A DNA stretch of 64,000 nucleotides, from positions 384,001 through 448,000 of the forward strand of contig CAWDML010000009.1 in NCBI GenBank assembly GCA_963803435.1, given 5' to 3'. The DNA is from an uncultured delta proteobacterium (GTDB lineage Bacteria; Myxococcota; Kuafuiibacteriia; Kuafuiibacteriales; Kuafuiibacteriaceae). Below the pieces are notes generated by a model. It ran no database searches and had not been told where the DNA came from. It saw nothing but the letters and a program-made list of their open reading frames with translations. Below, in pieces: positions 57,710 to 64,000 of the stretch. The number at the start of each line of letters is the position of its first letter. Positions within the stretch are counted from its first letter, which is position 1. Both the position numbers and the translations under genes were made by a program.

Positions 57710-59104
57710 TCAGCCGAGCTGGGCGATCATCAGCTTGGCGACGCTCAGGTAGATGAAAAGCCCCGACGCATCCACCAGCGTGGTGATCAGCGGTCCCGAG
57801 ACCACCGTGGGATCGATGCCGAGCTTCTGTGCCGCGATCGGGATGGTGGCGCCCACCGCGTTGGCCCAGGTGCAGACCACGACGATCGTCACGGCGACGC
57901 AGGCGGCGATGTCGACGCCCACCCCCCAGAGGAGCGCCCGCCCGAACGCGATCGAGCCGAGGAGCAAGCCGAGCGTGATGCCCGCCGTGACCTCCTTCGC
58001 GATCACGCGCAACGCGTCGGTGACGCGGACCTCGCCGATCGCGAGCGCGCGGATGATCGTCGAGACCGTCTGCGAGCCCGCGTTGCCGCCGGTCCCGATC
58101 AGGAGCGGGATGAAGAACGAGAGCGCCACCACCTTGGCGAGCTCGCCCTCGAAGTGGCGGAGGACGTATCCGGTCGCCGTCTCGGCGACGAACAGGAGGA
58201 TCAGCCACGTGATACGGCTGCGCACCACGCGGAAGATCGAGTTTCGGAAGTAGGGGAGCTGGGCGGCCACCTTGCCGGCGACCGCGCCCTGGTTCAAGAG
58301 CTCGGCGCCCGCCTGGTCGAGCGCAGCGTCCAGCAGATCGTCGACGCGCACCGCGCCCACCAGCCGGCCCTCGCCGTCGATCACCGGCAGAGAGAGGAAG
58401 TCGTGGGTGCGGATGATCTCGGCCGCGTCCCCGATCTCGGTATCCTCGGAGACCGCCAGCACGTCCCGCGTCATGATCTCGTCGATCGGCGTCCCCGGGT
58501 CGGTGACGACCAGGAGCCGCAGCGGCGCGACACCGACGAGCTTGTCCTTGGACAGGACGTAGCAGTTCTGCGCCACCTCGATCTCGTCCGCGTTTGCCCG
58601 GAGCACATCGAGCGCATCCTGCACGCGGACCCCGCGGTCGCAGGACAGCACCCACGGTGTGGTGACCCGGCCGACGGCCGAGGGCGGGTAGGCGAGGATG
58701 CGGTCGAGGCGCGCGCGGTCACGCTTCTCGATCGCGGACTCGAGCGAGGCCCGGGCCTTCTCGGAGACCGCTGAGAGGATCGCCACCTGCTGGTCGGTGG
58801 GGAGCCGGGCGAGCACACGTGCGGCACGCTCCGCCTCGGCGGAGGCCAGAATGTCGCCTGCCACGGTCGGATGCGCGGCCCGCAGCATCCCGGCCGCCCT
58901 CCGCTCGTCGCTGGCGCGGAAGAGCCGGGCGGCGTCACGGGCGTCCCGCCGCGAAAGATCACGCCCCACGTCCGCGGGGCGGACCATCCGCATCGCCTCC
59001 TTCAGCGCCTCGTCGCCTTCGCCCAGCGCCTCGTCGATCAGGGAAAGGTCCGCGACCGGAAGCGCGCTCTTCGCGCCCTCCTCTTGGACTCCGCCTGCGC
59101 TCAT
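57710..59104 (-). CDS. mgtE: Magnesium transporter MgtE
   Basis: CBS pair; IPLLIGTGGNAGSQ; DPTVVSGPLITTLVD. Confidence 0.92.
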   Translation of the reverse strand: MSAGGVQEEGAKSALPVADLSLIDEALGEGDEALKEAMRMVRPADVGRDLSRRDARDAARLFRASDERRAAGMLRAAHPTVAGDILASAEAERAARVLARLPTDQQVAILSAVSEKARASLESAIEKRDRARLDRILAYPPSAVGRVTTPWVLSCDRGVRVQDALDVLRANADEIEVAQNCYVLSKDKLVGVAPLRLLVVTDPGTPIDEIMTRDVLAVSEDTEIGDAAEIIRTHDFLSLPVIDGEGRLVGAVRVDDLLDAALDQAGAELLNQGAVAGKVAAQLPYFRNSIFRVVRSRITWLILLFVAETATGYVLRHFEGELAKVVALSFFIPLLIGTGGNAGSQTVSTIIRALAIGEVRVTDALRVIAKEVTAGITLGLLLGSIAFGRALLWGVGVDIAACVAVTIVVVCTWANAVGATIPIAAQKLGIDPTVVSGPLITTLVDASGLFIYLSVAKLMIAQLG

Positions 59105-59175
59105 CGGCTCTTCCTGGCGTGGCGCCACGTTTTTCGCAACTTGCATCCGCGCACCCCGAGGGGCAAAGAGCGGCG

Positions 59176-60516
59176 ATGGAGCCGCGCGAGGAGAGCCCGG
59201 AGATCACGGGACTGGCCACCGGCGACCTCAGGCCGAGCGAGCTGCTCGACGCCTGGCCGTTTCTCTCGCCCGACGAACGTCTCGAGGGCTTCAAGCTCCT
59301 CCCGCACGAGGAGGCGGAGGATCTGTTCCTCAGCGCCGACGCCCGCACGCAGGCCGAGATCATCGGCAGCCTCCCGCCTGCCGAGCGCCGTCTCTGGATG
59401 CGAGCGCTCCCGCCCGACGACGCGGTCGACCTCCTGCAGGCGGTCTCACCCGAGATGCGCGACGCGCTGATCGCGCTGCTCGACGCGAAGATGCGGAGCG
59501 AGGTGATCGCCCTGCTCGCGTACGCCGAGGATGACGCGGGCGGTCTGATGAACCCACGGTTCGCGCGCGTGCGCCCGGACATGACCGTCGGCGAGGCGAT
59601 CGGTTATCTGCGCCGGCAGGCCCGCGAGCCTCACGAGGCGCCCTCGTACGTCTACGTGATCGAGCCCGATCAAAAGCTCGTGGGCGTGGTGTCGTTCCGG
59701 ACGCTGTTCTTCGCACCGCCCGAGACGCGCGTCCGCGACATCATGAGCACCGACCTGATCACGGTGCCCGAGCAGATGGATCAGGAGGTCCTGAGCCGTC
59801 TCTTCGCGCAGCACGATCTGATCGCGATCCCGGTCGTCGATCCGCAAGGACGGATGAAGGGCATCGTCACGGTGGACGACATCGTCGACGTCGTCGCGCA
59901 GGAGGCGACCGAGGACGCCCAGAAGTACGGCGGCATGGAGGCCCTGGAGGCGCCATACATGGCGGTCGGCTTCTGGGAGATGATCCGGAAGCGCGCCGGC
60001 TGGCTCTCCGCGCTGTTCATCGGCGAGATGCTGACGGCCTCGGCGATGGGCTACTTCGAGGACGAGATCGCGCGCGCCGTCATCCTGGCGCTCTTCGTCC
60101 CGCTCATCATCAGCAGCGGCGGCAACTCGGGGTCGCAGGCCTCGACACTGGTGATCCGATCGCTCGCGCTCGGCGAGATCCGCCCCCGGGACTGGTGGCG
60201 GGTCATGGGACGGGAGATCCGCTCCGGCATCACGCTCGGCGGCGTGCTCGGCACCATCGGCTTCATCCGGATCGTCCTGTGGCAGAAGCTCTTTGGCTCC
60301 TATGGCGATCAGTATCTGCTGGTGGCGCTCACCGTGGCGCTCAGCCTGCTCGGCGTGGTCACGTTCGGGACCCTGGCCGGATCGATGCTACCCTTCCTGC
60401 TGCAGCGCCTCCGGCTCGATCCTGCCAGCGCCTCGGCGCCGTTCGTCGCCACGCTGGTCGACGTCACCGGGCTCATCATCTACTTCACGGCCGCCGCGAT
60501 CATCCTCGGGTACTGA
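59176..60516 (+). CDS. mgtE: Magnesium transporter MgtE
   Basis: AGGLM; CBS pair; PLIISSGGNSGSQ; DPASASAPFVATLVD. Confidence 0.95.
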   Translation: MEPREESPEITGLATGDLRPSELLDAWPFLSPDERLEGFKLLPHEEAEDLFLSADARTQAEIIGSLPPAERRLWMRALPPDDAVDLLQAVSPEMRDALIALLDAKMRSEVIALLAYAEDDAGGLMNPRFARVRPDMTVGEAIGYLRRQAREPHEAPSYVYVIEPDQKLVGVVSFRTLFFAPPETRVRDIMSTDLITVPEQMDQEVLSRLFAQHDLIAIPVVDPQGRMKGIVTVDDIVDVVAQEATEDAQKYGGMEALEAPYMAVGFWEMIRKRAGWLSALFIGEMLTASAMGYFEDEIARAVILALFVPLIISSGGNSGSQASTLVIRSLALGEIRPRDWWRVMGREIRSGITLGGVLGTIGFIRIVLWQKLFGSYGDQYLLVALTVALSLLGVVTFGTLAGSMLPFLLQRLRLDPASASAPFVATLVDVTGLIIYFTAAAIILGY

Positions 60517-60949
60517 CGGGCCTCGCGTCTTCGCGCGAAGGCCTGGAGCGTGCCGTGGAATTCGAGCGGATCGGCCAGCAACGACCAGGTCCCGGCACCC
60601 TCGTCGCGACGGACACGCCGGCATCGATCGAGACGCGGAAAGCGCTCACGAAGCTCGTCGGGAGCTCCGAGGTCAGACAGGTCCCGGGAGCGGCGCGAGG
60701 AACCTCACCTTCGGGGAGGCCGAGGGTCTCGAGGGTCTCGGCGTAGTAGACGATCTCGATCTCGTCGAACGTCCCATCCCTGCGGAGCACGAGCTCATCG
60801 GTCCTCGGGTGAGCCTCGAGGAACGGCTCGCCCTCGGTCAGGTACGCGATCAGCACGGTCTGGACGCTCGGGTCGGCGGGCGGGAGCGCGACCGTGATGG
60901 CGCGCGGGGAGCTGCAGGCCGACAGGGCGAGGAGCGCGCACCACCTCAC
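60500..60949 (-). CDS. Small putative lipoprotein, possibly a truncated remnant
   Basis: GTG start; lipobox ALSAC; C-terminus runs into the mgtE stop. Confidence 0.45.
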   Translation of the reverse strand: MRWCALLALSACSSPRAITVALPPADPSVQTVLIAYLTEGEPFLEAHPRTDELVLRRDGTFDEIEIVYYAETLETLGLPEGEVPRAAPGTCLTSELPTSFVSAFRVSIDAGVSVATRVPGPGRCWPIRSNSTARSRPSREDARPVSTRG

Positions 60950-60974
60950 TGGGCGAGGGTAGCGAACTCCGCGA

Positions 60975-62858
60975 TCAGTGGCACTCGCCGATCGGGAGAC
61001 CCGCCGATGCGGACTGGTCGACGCAGGTCGCGGGGGCGGTACAGGCGCCCGGATCGGTCGGGTCGCACAGCTGCACGCAGGTATCGGTCGCGAAGTCGCA
61101 GTCGAGTCCGGGGGCGCACAGCTGGCCTGGATCGCACGGCTCGCCGGCCTCGGCTTGGCCGGCCACCCAGCAGAGCGTGGCCGCGTTGCCCAGCCAGATG
61201 CAGGCCTCGCCGTTGGTGCAGTCCTGGAGGAGGGGATCGCAGCCGTCACCCTCGTAGCAGAACCCGGCCGTCTGCGAGCCGTCCTGCGGGAAGCACGCCG
61301 AGCCGGTCGCGCAGCCGGCGATCGCGCCGCACACCGGCGCGCAGACCTCCTGCCATCCGCAGTACGTGCCGCCGACGCACTCGGATTCGGCGAAGCAGGT
61401 CGCACCCTCCGGGCGGCCGGCGATCGGTGTCGTCACGAGCGAGGTGTCGCGGGAGAGCGCCAGCGCCGCCCGGTCGACCTCGACGCCGTCCCGGTAGACC
61501 GCGACGGGGTGCTCGAGCGCGGTGATGTCGGCGCCGGCGTCGCCCTCGACGATCAAGAGGTCGGCGAGCGCGCCCGCCTCCAGCCGTCCCAGATCGCTGC
61601 GGCCGAGGAAGTCGGCGGCGCTCTTCGTACCGGCCTCGAGCGCGCGGATCGGTTCGAGCCCGTTCTCGACGTAGAGCTCGAGCTCGCGGATCAGCGAAGG
61701 GCCATGGAAGGTGCCCGGGTTGCCGGCGTCGGTGCCCGCGGCGATCTTCACGCCCGCCGCCACCGCGCGCCGAAAGTTGGCTTGCGCCCGATCGAAGGAG
61801 GACGACGACCACTCCATGTAGGCCGGATCGCTGAGGCGGGTGCGGCTCGTCGGATCGCGGAGCGATTCGATCACGACGCTCGGGACGTCGTCGGACAGGT
61901 TCGGCGCGTCGAGGAAGCCGAGGTCGTCGTTGGAGAGCTGGGAGAGGCGTTCGAACACGACCAACGTCGGCACCATCACCACGCCCTCGCTCGCCATCCG
62001 CTCGGCCAGCGCCGTCGAGAGCTCGTCCTGGCTGGGGACGTGGGCGAGCGCGCGCACGCCCTGGTCGAGCACGATCTCCACGTCCTCGCTCTCGGAGACG
62101 TGCGCGATCACCTTGATGCCGGCGGCGCTGGCGAGGGCCTGGACGCGGCCGATCGAGTCGGCGGCCAGCTGCGGGAGCGCATGCCCGAGGACGCCGGACT
62201 CGAGCACGATCTTCACGACGTCGGGATGGCGAGAGAGCAGCTCGGGGAGGAGCGCATCCGCCTTCGCGGGTGTGTCGGCGAAGAGGCACGCGTCGCCGGG
62301 CGGGGAGCCCGAGTAGCAGGGATGGCCGCCGGTGGCCGTGACCAGCGGGCCGGCGGCGAACAGGCGCGGTCCGAGCAGCACGCCATCGCGCAGGCGCTGG
62401 CGGTACTCGAAGATCGCGCGCTCGGAGGTGCCGAGGTCGAGGTAGCTGGTGACGCCAGCGCGCAGCATCGCCTTGAAGTGCGGCTGGTAGCGATCGCCGG
62501 TGAGCAGGAAGGCGTCCACCGCGCTCGAGGCGGGGGAGTGGACGTGGAGATCGAACAGACCGGGAAGGATCGTCTGGCCGGTCAGATCGATCACCTGGCC
62601 TGACTCGACCTCGACCTCGCCGAAGACCACCTCACGGATGCGATCGCCCTCGACCACCACGGTCCCGAGATTGGCGCGGCTGCCGTCGAACACGGTGCCG
62701 CCGGTGAAGACCAGGCAGGCTGGGCAGCCCACCGCCGGCAGCGGCGCGGCGTCTGGCAAGCCGCCGGCGTCAGGGGTCGGATCGATGAGGTCGTCGGTGG
62801 TCGCGTCGGTGCAGGCCGCGACGAGGAGAGGCAGGGCGAGGGCGATGAGACGGGGCAT
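60975..62858 (-). CDS. Amidohydrolase lipoprotein with C-terminal Cys-rich repeats
   Basis: Lipobox LVAAC; PGLFDLHVH; VKI; IAH; GTDAG; GRLEAGALADL; Cys-rich tail. Confidence 0.88.
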   Translation of the reverse strand: MPRLIALALPLLVAACTDATTDDLIDPTPDAGGLPDAAPLPAVGCPACLVFTGGTVFDGSRANLGTVVVEGDRIREVVFGEVEVESGQVIDLTGQTILPGLFDLHVHSPASSAVDAFLLTGDRYQPHFKAMLRAGVTSYLDLGTSERAIFEYRQRLRDGVLLGPRLFAAGPLVTATGGHPCYSGSPPGDACLFADTPAKADALLPELLSRHPDVVKIVLESGVLGHALPQLAADSIGRVQALASAAGIKVIAHVSESEDVEIVLDQGVRALAHVPSQDELSTALAERMASEGVVMVPTLVVFERLSQLSNDDLGFLDAPNLSDDVPSVVIESLRDPTSRTRLSDPAYMEWSSSSFDRAQANFRRAVAAGVKIAAGTDAGNPGTFHGPSLIRELELYVENGLEPIRALEAGTKSAADFLGRSDLGRLEAGALADLLIVEGDAGADITALEHPVAVYRDGVEVDRAALALSRDTSLVTTPIAGRPEGATCFAESECVGGTYCGWQEVCAPVCGAIAGCATGSACFPQDGSQTAGFCYEGDGCDPLLQDCTNGEACIWLGNAATLCWVAGQAEAGEPCDPGQLCAPGLDCDFATDTCVQLCDPTDPGACTAPATCVDQSASAGLPIGECH

Positions 62859-62916
62859 GGCGCTCCTTGCGCCCGCCCCGGGGGACTCATAGCAGACCGG
62901 CGGTGCTTCAGGAAGC

Positions 62917-64000
62917 TCAGGGACGGCAGAGGCCCTGATACGTGAGCTCCACCTCCTGGCCGGGCTGGGGGAGCCCGCTGCCGTGGAACTTCACCGAGTT
63001 GCTGAGCGGCTCGAACGTATAGCCGTCGAGGAGATCCTCGGGGACGGCGGTGCCGTCGACCGTGACGACCAGCGTGGCCGGATCGACGGCGCCCAGAGAG
63101 ATCCCACTCGTCGATGGGCGAGAAGACGTCGAGCCCGATCTGGTCGAAGAACGGCGCCCAGTCCTCCTCACAGGCGCTGTAGAACAGGCCGTTGGTCTCG
63201 CGCGTCATCCAGAAGTAGCGATAGCCGGGCTGGACGAAGAAGGGCCGCTCGTTGGGACAGGGACCGAGCACCGGGCCCGCCAGCGCGTGCACGACCATGC
63301 GGTCGGGACGGTGGGCGCCCTTCACCGAGAGGAAGTAGTCCCGCAGGAGCGCGTTCGACTCCACCGAGTCGTCGTCGCGGGTCGCCAGCACGATGATCAT
63401 GAGCTTGGCGTCGGGCCGGATGAAGCCGGCGTTCGGGTTCGTGTTGGGATCCTGATCCGTCGGATCGAGCGCGCGCTCGATCGCGCGCTTGGCGGCGCCC
63501 AAGCCGGAGACATAGAAGAAGGTACCGTTGATCCCGACGTCGAGCGTGCACTGAAGCTCGGCGATGCGCGTCGCCTGATCGGCGTAGCTTGAGCGGGTGA
63601 TCGCAGGATCGGGGAAGCAGCGGTGGAACTTTCCGGCGTTGCTCGAGCGGGAGTCGGTCACGGTGACCGCCATCTGATAGTCGGCGTTGGCCGCCTCCGC
63701 GGTGGTGATGAACGACTGGACCTGACCGATCAGCATCGCCTGCTCGTCCTCCGAGACGAAGGTGTTCTGCACCACGAACAGGACGTCGAGGCGTGGGCCG
63801 TCGAGCTGGGTGAAGGTCTCGGTGGTCGGCGTGTCGTCGGTGGCGGTGCCGCCGAGGAGGATGCGGGTGGGGCTGCCGACCGCGTTGTGGTGGATGAGGA
63901 GCGCGCCCTTGTGCTCGGCCGGTGAGAGTCGGCTGGGGCTGAAGCGGAGGTTGATGCGGCCCTCCTTGTTGGGCGGGATGACGATCGTGCTGGTGGTGAC
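62917..64000 (-). CDS. 3' part of an Ig-like + degenerate VWA surface protein (starts beyond the window; +1 frameshift near 63097)
   Basis: Frame open to 64000; ETFTQ..LDVLFVVQNTF, YQMAVTVTD, NAGFIRPDAKL, paralogous to the VWA in 53849-57650. Confidence 0.8.

Noticed and set aside
53388-58655. 1755-aa ORF in the track
   Set aside because: Chimera of off-frame mgtE sequence, the VWA lipoprotein, a frameshifted stretch and a small downstream gene.

Overview
About 70% GC bacterial DNA that looks like Myxococcota (myxo Cys-rich repeats, CglB-like VWA lipoproteins, an ECF-caspase module, four sigma54 enhancer-binding proteins); taxonomy is inferred from gene content only. About 47 CDS; I saw no rRNA, tRNA or CRISPR array. 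The main find is a compact sterol operon (21609-30504, minus strand): a ~1460-aa HMG-CoA reductase/polyprenyl synthase/squalene synthase/degenerate-SDR fusion, a geranylgeranyl-reductase-like flavoprotein, and a 1128-aa squalene epoxidase-oxidosqualene cyclase fusion, with a FadL-like channel divergent from it. Other notable items: an adenosine-deaminase/SLOG/Nudix triple fusion; a selenocysteine formate dehydrogenase with a clear SECIS and a split Fe-S module; and a sigma54-promoter-marked stress gene set (USP, CBS, baeRF1, APH + kinase, PNPOx) with a FixL-like kinase that resembles the mycobacterial DosR regulon in content. Nine single-base frameshifts fall in or beside GATC, which suggests methylation-linked sequencing errors rather than pseudogenes. 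All calls come from reading motifs by eye; no database searches were run.
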